DNA from: Priapulus caudatus
Taxonomy: Eukaryota
Reading direction: 5' to 3'
Assembly: GCF_000485595.1 (NCBI RefSeq)
Contig: NW_014577063.1
Span: 514,247-578,246, forward strand
Length of the DNA stretch: 64,000 bases
Program-made: the position numbers and the translations under genes
Shown here: piece after piece, positions 53,361-64,000 of the stretch
Layout of the letters: each line of letters begins with the position of its first letter
Numbering within the stretch: the stretch's first letter is position 1
Notes under the pieces: model-generated
Told to the model about the DNA's origin: nothing
The model's database searches: none
The model's input: only the letters and a program-made list of their open reading frames with translations

Positions 53361-55338
53361 ATGGCGGACCACCTGCTAATCGCTCTCTCGGAGATGGTCG
53401 GATCGCTTCCCGTCGTCGGAGGAGCCGTCGTCGTTATCGCCGGCCTCGCCGTAGTGCTAGCGACGAGAATGCGTTCGGCAGCGACACCGGTGAGTGGCGA
53501 CGACGAACAAGGAGGCGACGCCGACAGCAGCGGTCGCCGCGCGGCGTCGCCGGGCGAGGCGAACAACAACATACAGACGCAGACGGCGGTACCCGTGCAG
53601 CAGCGCACGACGCAGACGCAGGCGAGCGTCACGAAAACGTCGACACGACGCACGCAGACGACGTGCGAGCGCGCCGAAAGGCGCACGCAGACGCCGCCGT
53701 TAGAGGAAGTGCTGCCGACGCCAGCAGCGTCACCGTCACAGATGCCGACGCCTGCAGCGTCACCGTCACAGATGCCGACGCCTGCAGCGTCACCGTCAGA
53801 AGTACCGACGCCTGTAGCGGCAGCAGTACCGACGCCTGTGGCGGTGCCGTTGCTCACAGCAGTGCAGGATGATCAACAGGTAAGAGGACCAGCCGAGAAA
53901 CAGGCCGAGAAACGGGCGGTCGTGTTAAGCGATAGCGGCGTACAGACTGACAAGCAAGAACCTATCATCCTTCCGATGATCATTCGCGTTCCGGACGCAC
54001 CTATCACGGCCGCAGCCGACGTCGGCGGCGGGCAGGTTTCCCCGCAGCTAGAGAGTGATGAGCCACTCCTTCAATCAGCAGCATCCAGGCCCCAGCTGTC
54101 AAGCAGCGCGAGTCGAGATCTGGGCCAACCAGCTGAGCGGTCACCGCCAGCAGCAGCAGCAGCAGCGCCGTCCGGCAATGCGAACTCGACGCAGACACAG
54201 GTTCGCGAACTTGAGGAATCATCGACGCAAACCGCGCTCGGGTACGTGCCGGACGCCCGCGGCCACAGCGCCGTGACACAGACAAACGACGGCTACGTCG
54301 TCACTCGTCATCTCGTGTCGCTAACCGGCCAGCAAGACGACGACGACGACGAGCGTGACGACACGACGGAGATTGAGGAGGGCTCTCCGCCGCTGCCGCG
54401 AGCCGCGCAGGCCCCGATGCAGGGATCACAGCCACGTGCGCCGCCACGTGCTGCAGATGCCGTACAAGCTGACGAGGTGGCAACAGCGAGCAGCAGCAGC
54501 AGCGCACAGCCGCCCTACGAACACGCGGTAACACGTGAGCGCGGCACTGATGCAATCGCGGCTCCCGCCATGCGCAGCGTATCCGTCGGAGCGGATGCTG
54601 AGGAAGAGAGCAGCGTGCCAGATGAAGCGGATAGCCGCCGGGATATGAAGCCAGCAGCTACTGCCGCAGACACAGCGGCGGACGTGGCGGACAAGAGCAC
54701 GCAGTGGCAGCCGATATGTCTGCCGATAAACGCGTCGACGCAGTGCCGCGCGAAACGCCAGGGCGTCGTGCGGAACAAAGCGACGCAGTGGGATCCCTAC
54801 TTCAACCGCTTCTCCCAGACGGACTTCGGAGTGCAGGTGACTCCGCGCTCGGCGAGCCGCGGCGTGCAGTTCTCTCCGCTGATGCGCAACGCGGGCACGA
54901 TGACCGTATGGCCGCCGCCGAAACCGCGCTCGAAGAAGAAGAAGAAGCCAGCGATCGAACAGGCGGCGGAGCAGAAGGAGGAGCAACATGTCCAGCAGGC
55001 GTCCCCGTCTGGGCAAGAGCAAGCGCAGCCTGTTTCACCAGGTATCGAACCTGGTGCAGCCGATCAACAGCAGCAGCAGCAGCAGCAGCAGGAGGCTGAA
55101 TCGCAGGCTTCCGACAGAGAACACTGGGATGAGCAACCGCCGGAGAAATACTACGAGCATGTGCCTGACGCACCTCCGTCGCAGCTGCCGTACTACGGGC
55201 CGTACCGTGAGTCCCCAGCGCCGGAGCAGCCGTGCAGGCCCGTGGATGCAAGCGAGAGGTCTACGCCCTTCACGATGATGCAGGACTTGACGTCGCCCGT
55301 GGGGGAAGCGTCGCGACCGGACTGGGCGACGCACGATG
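53361..55338 (+). CDS. Large first exon (659 codons): N-terminal hydrophobic helix + low-complexity disordered region with many TQT/LC8-type motifs; probable N-terminal extension of glycogenin
   Basis: ~2-kb GC-rich open frame; ATG in atcATGG context; LPVVGGAVVVIAGLAVVLATRMR; strong donor GATG|GTGAGT at 55338, phase 1. Confidence 0.8.
53713..53840 (+). repeat. Coding 30-bp tandem repeat (PTPAASPSQM x3 plus degenerate copies)
   Basis: gccgacgcctgcagcgtcaccgtcacagat units. Confidence 0.85.
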
Positions 55339-55396
55339 GTGAGTATATTATTAAACACCTGTGTCTCTCCGTGTGTTCGTGTGTGGTTTACTGAGT

Positions 55397-55452
<56 letters not shown>

Positions 55453-56401
55453 NNNNNNNNNNNNNNNNNNNNNNNNNNNNNNNNNNNNNNNNNNNNNNNN
55501 NNNNNNNNNNNNNNNNNNNNNNNNNNNNNNNNNNNNNNNNNNNNNNNNNNNNNNNNNNNNNNNNNNNNNNNNNNNNNNNNNNNNNNNNNNNNNNNNNNNN
55601 NNNNNNNNNNNNNNNNNNNNNNNNNNNNNNNNNNNNNNNNNNNNNNNNNNNNNNNNNNNNNNNNNNNNNNNNNNNNNNNNNNNNNNNNNNNNNNNNNNNN
55701 NNNNNNNNNNNNNNNNNNNNNNNNNNNNNNNNNNNNNNNNNNNNNNNNNNNNNNNNNNNNNNNNNNNNNNNNNNNNNNNNNNNNNNNNNNNNNNNNNNNN
55801 NNNNNNNNNNNNNNNNNNNNNNNNNNNNNNNNNNNNNNNNNNNNNNNNNNNNNNNNNNNNNNNNNNNNNNNNNNNNNNNNNNNNNNNNNNNNNNNNNNNN
55901 NNNNNNNNNNNNNNNNNNNNNNNNNNNNNNNNNNNNNNNNNNNNNNNNNNNNNNNNNNNNNNNNNNNNNNNNNNNNNNNNNNNNNNNNNNNNNNNNNNNN
56001 NNNNNNNNNNNNNNNNNNNNNNNNNNNNNNNNNNNNNNNNNNNNNNNNNNNNNNNNNNNNNNNNNNNNNNNNNNNNNNNNNNNNNNNNNNNNNNNNNNNN
56101 NNNNNNNNNNNNNNNNNNNNNNNNNNNNNNNNNNNNNNNNNNNNNNNNNNNNNNNNNNNNNNNNNNNNNNNNNNNNNNNNNNNNNNNNNNNNNNNNNNNN
56201 NNNNNNNNNNNNNNNNNNNNNNNNNNNNNNNNNNNNNNNNNNNNNNNNNNNNNNNNNNNNNNNNNNNNNNNNNNNNNNNNNNNNNNNNNNNNNNNNNNNN
56301 NNNNNNNNNNNNNNNNNNNNNNNNNNNNNNNNNNNNNNNNNNNNNNNNNNNNNNNNNNNNNNNNNNNNNNNNNNNNNNNNNNNNNNNNNNNNNNNNNNNN
56401 N

Positions 56402-56455
<54 letters not shown>
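55397..56455. repeat. (CT)n microsatellite spanning an N-gap
   Basis: Directly visible. Confidence 0.85.
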
Positions 56456-56456
<1 letters not shown>

Positions 56457-58034
56457 CTTACACTCTCCGCCTCCTTTCTCCCCTCTCGCTGGTTTATATT
56501 GTTTGTTTATTTTGCTTGCTTTCTCGCAGCCGTTGTTGCTTCTTATGTCTCATGTCTCCCGCTCTCATTCTCTCACTCTCTCCACACACAGATATATATT
56601 CAGACAGACGCCCGTACATGCATGCACGCACGCACTCACGCACGCACGCGCCCACACACCAGGACCCACACTGACTGTAAAGTGACGTAAATACCCACAG
56701 AAGTGATATGTAATGCGATCGACGAACGAGCAATAAATTGGCAAGGTGGTTAATTGCGAATGGTAAAGCTAGTACTGTAGTTATACTTCGAGTAGGTAAG
56801 TACGTAGGTACACTCAGTATCGAGAAAAATATGAATGCAAGCAGAATGTCAAGGTTAGAATCTTTGATATTCGGCGCATGCGTCCGTGCTCGTTCATTGA
56901 GATGGTGTATCGGCGCTCTATCACCAGACGCTGATTGCCGAGGGAGGAGGAACAGTCTTCCGTGATTAGACTTAGCAGACGCTCCTACCACCCTGGATCG
57001 TGGGGCAGGAAAAAACAGCAGATTTTTTTTGAGTGCCCGACTGGCTCCTGTTTCACTCTATTCGGATTTAGGCATTGCGACCTTGCTGTTTGTGACCTCG
57101 AGCATGTGGGCGCGCGCTCGTCCTTCTATAAAAACTGATACACATGACACGAACCCTACTTGAAACGTGCGAGCTTTTAGTCACACGTCGTGCACTCGCA
57201 GCACGGATGAAAATAGCAACGCAAAATATGCCTAACAGCATCGTGCAGTTCAGTTCCCTGTAATGTACCGGGAAATATCGGTTCCCCCGCCACACGTTCT
57301 TCTCTATCGGTCTGCGTATTGCTGGCGGTAGCAACTGTGGTTGGCGAGCGCAAATCCATGCGACAAGTCTCGTGATAGCAAATCCGCAGCTGATGCCGGG
57401 TCACGTTCACAGTGTTCACACCGCGGCATATACGGCGGCTGGCTGCAGAGCCGCCACTCGTGGCGTGGTAATATTGGCGTGGTGGCGTGGTAATAATTGG
57501 CGTGGTAATATTGGCGTGATAATATATGGCGTGGTGGCGTGGTAATATTCAAGAGCTCTTTAGCTCAATTAGCTCTTGGTTATATATCTATCTGAATGTA
57601 CTTCGTTACGCCTAAATGCGTCCCTCACCGTGAGCCCGATAGAATTTAAATGACCGTTGCCCACGCGCGTCACATACATTTCAGCGACATCTATGCCGGT
57701 GACATAGATGTGTGCAGCAAACGTACATACCGGCATACGTGACTCAGCAATATAACCCCATATCTAGGGAGGCGGTCACTGGAATCTGGAATCCGGGTCA
57801 CCTCTGCCGGGTCTCCCAAGGACGCATTTGTCGCCGCGTTCGGGATACGGGAAAGATGCATTGGGTATATAGGGGTGGCGGGGAGATGTGCCCATCTGTG
57901 TCAATGTGCCCCGTTGCGCTGTGTGGGCGTGAAACTGCGACGCTACGAACCTAACGGGTATGTGATGCTCGTCGGATGATGGTCAATTAGCAGAAGAAGC
58001 TCTCCGGGTCAGCAGTGACGTCATCGGATAATAT

Positions 58035-58111
58035 CAAGAGCTAATGAATACCTATTAGCTCTTGATAATATCAGGAGTAAGATAATATAGGATCTATATA
58101 TCTTACTCCTG
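58035..58111. mobile_element. Two adjacent miniature palindromic elements (30 bp and 40 bp) sharing a 7-bp TSD
   Basis: ATAATAT|CAAGAGCTAAT...ATTAGCTCTTG|ATAATAT|CAGGAGTAAGATA...TATCTTACTCCTG|ATAACAT. Confidence 0.7.
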
Positions 58112-58496
58112 ATAACATGCGTATGCGTAGCGCCCTTGTTTGGCCTCCTGTACTTCGCTCCATCGCCGTTTTTGGATCGATCCTTGGCAAGTCTGTCTTT
58201 CTCAATCGGCATCGCGGGTGGCGGGTGACTGGGTGAGGGGAACTGGCGTAGACGGAGATAATACGCGATTATCTACGTCTACGCCTATAGGGGAACTGCT
58301 GTCGTCTAGGGAATGAACGCCTAATTCTAGGTCAGCAACAGGAAGACAGCAAGCAGCTCGATAGCGGGTCAAGACATTATCGTGTACAACTATTATATAG
58401 TGCCATGTACAAACATAGGTATTACATTGTGTTACACGCAGACGCACGCACGCGCACGCATTCCACCTCCACACACAGACACAGTAAGGAAGGCGA

Positions 58497-58629
<133 letters not shown>

Positions 58630-58946
58630 CGCGCATGCGCCCGTCAACAAACTGAAAGAGTTGCCAGGGAAAAATATACCTTTGAATAGCGCATGGGGAG
58701 AGGGATTAACTGGATGTCCTTCGACACGTGTTGTCTGCAGGCACTGCTCTGTGGTCTGTGGTTTAGTGTAGGGGTCCAGATAATCTAGAAAGGGAGTCCG
58801 CTGATGGTGGCGTGTAGAGGAGAGGTTTGGGACCTCTCCATTCGTCATCTTTGTAGAACTATGGTTGCAATCCGATAGATAATGACAATAAATATTCTAG
58901 CTTGACTTGCTTGATTATATTTCTGACTATAATTTATATACTATAT

Positions 58947-58984
58947 CAAGAGCGTATAAAGAAGGCCTTCTTTATACGCTCTTG
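58947..58984. mobile_element. 38-bp perfect palindromic mini-element with 7-bp TSD
   Basis: ACTATAT|caagagcgtataaagaaggccttctttatacgctcttg|ACTATAT. Confidence 0.75.
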
Positions 58985-59987
58985 ACTATATGCTACGTAT
59001 ATATCTCTACTTATAATGGCACAGGTTTTTAGCACATGGCAAAATCATGTCGGCAGTCACAAAGAGGTAATTATAAGTTGAGTGGGGGTAGGGATCCTAA
59101 TCCCCTGAACCCGCTCCTGCAAGTGTGTTTCCGACTGGGACGAGAGCTAGGATTTGCTAGCGCTTAGATTAGCGCTTAGCGCTTAGCGATTAGCACTTAG
59201 CGCTTAGTGATTCCACTTCATCAGCAATAGATCACGACGAGTGGGCGTGCATCATGAAGGTCACACATCTCACTATACTATTATACCCCCCATGTTTTTA
59301 AAGTGGGCTCGGAACATCCATCATTGATTGTCATTGCTCCAGACGCATTCTAAATATATATATATATTATATATCTTCTCGAATCCACTTTTAACTCATG
59401 CCTTAGGAATGCAAAAGGAGGTTGAACCATTCCCATTCGAGACCAATATATAACCGGCTGTTACGACGGTGTGAATCGAGCCTCTATCAGGATCGTAAAG
59501 TATGTACGCTTGGTGCAGCCAGCATGCGTCGTTGTAAGGCGTAGGTACTGCAGTCATGGGGCTTGGTGTTCGGCGTTTAACATCGTAACTGCCATCAGCT
59601 GACGGCGCCGTGAATAGTATCAGGATAGTATGTATAGTTCACAAGAGCCCCGAGTATTTACGGCCGCGTAGTTACGTGTCAGACATCGCCTGATGGCGTA
59701 AAAATGGAAACTCGCTCGTTCATTGGACGGCGGCTCTCTGAATGAAGAAGACTAGCGCCAAGAGCGGAGTAGAGATCCCGAGAGCATCCAAAGACCTCGT
59801 ACGACTGTCCTGCCTAGCTTGCCTGCCTTATAAGTCGGCTGGTCTTAGCTCGCCTTACTGCTACCTACACCAGTGCACTCCGTTGTCGGACATACACTGA
59901 TGCGGACATTCAGTGTAAAAATGGTGCTAGACGAAAATATGCACGGCGCTAATAGGTCAAAAAAACGTAGATGGCTTCACAAGTCCG

Positions 59988-60122
59988 CACGTGCACACAC
60001 GTACGAACGAACGTCCACACACGTGCACACACGTACGAACGAACGCCCACACACGTACGAACGAACGCCCACACACGTACACACACGTACGAACGAACGT
60101 ACGCCCACACACGTGCACACAC
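59988..60122. repeat. Compound minisatellite (cacacacgtacgaacgaacg)
   Basis: Directly visible tandem units. Confidence 0.85.
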
Positions 60123-61421
60123 TCGTGTCTATATATGTAGTATGGCAATGTGGTATAATGTGTTCACGCGTGGGTGCGTGCGTGAGATGTGTGGCTCGTC
60201 CATGATTGTACCATGCAGACGCCTTCGTAATGCACGCAGTTCATGATGATTAGCATTTCAAGGTTAACGGCGAGCAGTGCTATCGACCTTGCACTTTAAA
60301 GCCCGGAAAAACCAAATTACGTGACGTTAAGTTTAGAACGGAAGCGTGAAAGCAATATATTTCAACAGATTGCAACACGCTCGTTGACACGTAGACAGAT
60401 TGTTAGAGATGCCTTTGATAGCAGCCCCATCATGCCGAGAAAATGGGGGTGCCCGGGCAGGACTGACAAATTTCTATATATTCCACTATCCAAAAGTCTT
60501 GCATTAAATGTGTATACACTTACTACACAATTATCGTATTAACCGCATTAGTATTTCTTCTTTTCTGCTTTATTCTCAGACATGAACGTATACATTTTGG
60601 TCGCAAAAGTTTCCAGGCAACGACGGGGATTTTATAGTAGATTAAATAAAAGTCTAAGATAAGGACTGGCTGGGGTGTTAGATTTGAAACTCCAAGACAT
60701 AGGTGAAATAATAACAAAGAACGGTATACAATTCCCTACTGACTCGTACCAACAAAGTGGCATTTCATGTATTATTATTGACATTGTGTAGGCTAGGATA
60801 CTATAAGTATTCTGTGGGTTTCACATTTATACTGGGTTGAAATGTGATGGCAGTAGTATCCCATGCCATCATATCTGAGTGAAGGTAGTTTCACGAGTTA
60901 TCCAATGCGTGATGAGAAAGCTATACTATGGTATTAACCGGGAATGAGTATTGTGGGAGTGCAGGAAAAAAAAATTGGGAGTGCAATTCTTTTGTGTGTC
61001 TCAGTCAAGACTGCCGTAGGCGCGTTTCGTGAACGCCGTCGGCGTTCACGGGGGGGGGGGAACATTGAGAGGTGTACGGGGAGCCTCCACCGGAACATTT
61101 TTTAATTTTTTTAATTTTTTAATTTTTTAATTTTTTTGGCCGTGCAGTTTCAAAACTGACCGTGCAAATCACGGCTGCACGGCTCGCTGGCGAATACGTT
61201 GTCATTGCTAGCTATCACCAGGTGAATTATCACACCTGGATGGTAAAATCACCTGGCCAATCACCAGTTGTGCCCGCGCGCGCGCGTGTGTGTGTGTGTG
61301 TGTGCGTGCGCGCGCGCGTGCGTGTGTGTGTGTGTGCGTGCTTGCGTGCGTGTGTGGGTAGAGTAAGTGTGGATGGAATAACTAAGTGCACGTGTAACCA
61401 GGTGTGCTGCTTTCTCTGCAG

Positions 61422-61581
61422 GTGGTCAGCCAAGGTCTAGCGACTCGTCGACAGCCTTCGTCACCCTAGTCACAAACGATGCATATGGAGTAGGTGCTCT
61501 GGTGCTGGGTCACTCGCTACGCTTCACGCAGTCACGTCAGAGAGTAGTTCTTGTCACTGACGGCGTTTCCGGAGAAATGAG
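61422..61581 (+). CDS. GYG1: Glycogenin (GT8 family) internal exon encoding the start of the catalytic domain; gene continues beyond the window
   Basis: Acceptor tttctctgcag|, then (G)GQPRSSDSSTAFVTLVTNDAYGVGALVLGHSLRFTQSRQRVVLVTDGVSGEMR|gtaggc; human GYG1 reads [46 protein letters not shown]. Too short for the ORF track. Symbol denotes the family; orthology not established. Confidence 0.88.
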
Positions 61582-63754
61582 GTAGGCTTTACTACCACAC
61601 TACACACGCAAATCGGTGGGGCGCATATATATATATATATATCAAGGGTTAATAATGTCAAATGTCATTTTTAACCCATTATTAACCTATTAACCATTAT
61701 TAATGACATTTTGTGATTATTAACCCCTGATATAAATAAATAAATAAATAAATAAATAAATATATATATATATGTATTATTATTATTATTATTATATATA
61801 ATATAGTATTTAGGTAGGATCTATTCAGGATTGCGAGGAGAATGAGGTGGTGATTAAGGAGGGTGTGAATAATATAGAGAGGGCAGAGAGAAGGAGCTGC
61901 CGGAGAATTAGGAGGTGAATGTCATGGAGCGTCGGACGTTGTGAATGTATAGTGAATGGGTAGGAAGTACCCATAATTTATATATATATAATATATCAGT
62001 AAATATCTGAAGGCTAGTACAGTGATCCAACCTCGAGTGTGCCAACTGCAGTTTTTAGTATTCGCAGAAAATGTATTGTGTGCTAAATATATACCGACTG
62101 CCCAACTCAGCTATCAGTATCCACTGTTCGTGAAAGAAAAAAATTATACCCTTTCTTACCGTACCGTCTTAAGTGGTAAGACATTCTCTCAATGCAACTA
62201 ATAAGGGACCATCCACTCAACTTTTCGAAAACGTAACTCACACTGTTACTCACTGTCACTGTTACTCACTGTTGTCACTGTTACACACTGTTACTCACTG
62301 TTACGGTGTCTCACTGTTAGAGAGACATTTCGTTCATAAAAGAAGAAAATTAGTGAGTATAAGTAAAGAAGATCTATTTCACAGATAGAAATCTATGTAA
62401 GGTAAATAAGAGTTAGTTTAGTTATCCTGTTTGGTCAGAGATATAAAATTGCGTCCATGTAGGTCAGTGTAATATAGGTTCAGTACGTACGATGTTTATC
62501 AAGCAGCTTTCCCCGCTATATATGGTACGACAACAAACCATTTGATTACAACACCTGCAATCAGTGAGGTGTATGTATGCCTACTTTGCTAGAGTACGCA
62601 CGTACTTCGTAAGCTAGACTGTAGAGCGATGGAATATGCTCTACCTTTAATCTTGGTGGTGGTGCAGTGTCCACCACGAGAGTGAGCTTATTATTTATTG
62701 CTTATGCTGGTTATATGCACTATGTAATCTGGCTATGTCCATTATGTTGGAGCCGCTAAACCATATCGGTTTGGTCGACATTGATTCCCATTCAGAATTC
62801 TCCCATTAAAATCAGGTCTCCATCAAATGCATTGCACGTAATATTGCCTGGGCTAACGCATGCTAGCACTGGTATGCAGTATATTAGTGTTCTGAGCCAG
62901 GCTCACAATGATCAATCATACATAGAATCAAAGAATTTTACACGAATCAAAGATGTCCACGCCCTGCAAGACCCCCAGCAGCCTTATTTTCACAAGCCGA
63001 TGTCGCTTGAAATAGTTAGTATTAGTCGTTTCTGACGTCGTATGAAGTATGAAAGTACAGTTGTGCTTTTGGTAACTTTGTATGGTTAAATAGCTGTATT
63101 GTATTTTCCATTTTGAAGCTCCGTTCGATACAAACGAAACAGTTAAACCACATATGAATATATAATCATTTTATATATGTACTAGCTATTACCCGTCCTC
63201 CAGACGGGTTTGAATGCATGGGGTCTGATTTGAGGATGGCGGTTTAACCATTTATCTCTCACTTTTAGTTGAGGATGTATTTACAGTAAATACTGATATG
63301 TAGACTTGAGTCATCTATCATTATTTGTTTAAGGATACTCTCAAGGTTTTAGGAAATTTTTTTCTCATACCGATTTTTCATTTTCAACTTTATTCGATGA
63401 CTAACACTATGTNTAAAAGAAAAAGGATGAGACGAAAAAGGACGGAAATGACCAATTGATTGTTCAATTGAACAGTCGTTTTAATCAATTCAGCGTTCAT
63501 TGAGCATTAAATAACGATGTGCCAAATTGAATCGCCATTGACAAATCAAAGGCAACGAATACTGAGATAGGCGTATTGAATCATGAATGGAGCAATTTGC
63601 CGAGGCTCGTCAATCGTCCAAAATCAAACGTAATACGGCTACTGGCACATGCGCAACAGAGGCATGACGGAGTGGCGCGTAGCGCCTGACGTTTGGGCTA
63701 GGAACGGCAGCATGTCGGTAATTCCCGCGTTTCGCAGGTCCTAAATGCGGGTGT

Positions 63755-64000
63755 AAACCCGCGTGTGACTGCGTGTACCCGCGTGTACGTGTCGATGTAC
63801 CCGCGGGTGCACTCGCCGGGTACCCCCGCGGTACGTAGCGTGTACCCGCGTGTAACGTGCGTGTACGGCCCAGCGTGTACTGTGCGTGTACCGTGCGTGT
63901 ACGTGCGGTGAATGTATCGTTGCGTGTACACGGGTTAACCATGGTGTACGTACGTGTATCCTGTGGTGTACGTGCGCGTGTAGCGTGGCGTGTACCCGCG
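63755..64000. repeat. Degenerate (GCGTGTAC)n-like low-complexity repeat
   Basis: Directly visible. Confidence 0.75.

Noticed and set aside
53132..55358. Overlapping antisense and alternate-frame ORFs over the long exon
   Set aside because: Shadow ORFs of a GC-rich coding exon; no independent motifs or splice support
59156..59210. (CTTAGCG)n as a variant telomeric array
   Set aside because: Only about 6 degenerate copies with no associated structure

Overview
Eukaryotic (invertebrate animal) draft genomic DNA with spliceosomal GT-AG introns, several N-gaps and many MITEs. Four protein-coding genes can be rebuilt by hand. (1) DCLRE1B/Apollo (SNM1B) nuclease, minus strand, 5 coding exons, 6208-2457. 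(2) MAIP1/C2orf47 (m-AAA protease interactor), plus strand, 5 exons, 10152-13072; it is divergent from DCLRE1B across a dense nested transposon cluster. (3) A ~35 kb minus-strand gene, 49953-14620, encoding signal peptide + 47 calcium-binding EGF modules (almost all one per phase-1 exon) + polybasic furin-type site + ZP domain + TM + short tail, resembling FBN-1/Dumpy-type apical matrix proteins. (4) A plus-strand gene whose 659-codon first exon (N-terminal hydrophobic helix plus a disordered region with about 15 LC8/DYNLL-type TQT-like motifs) ends in phase 1 and can splice in frame to a clear glycogenin exon at 61422-61581. This putative membrane-anchored, LC8-multivalent glycogenin is the most novel candidate in the window, but the splice join is inferred. 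All gene calls rest on recalled motifs and manual splice reading; no database searches were run.
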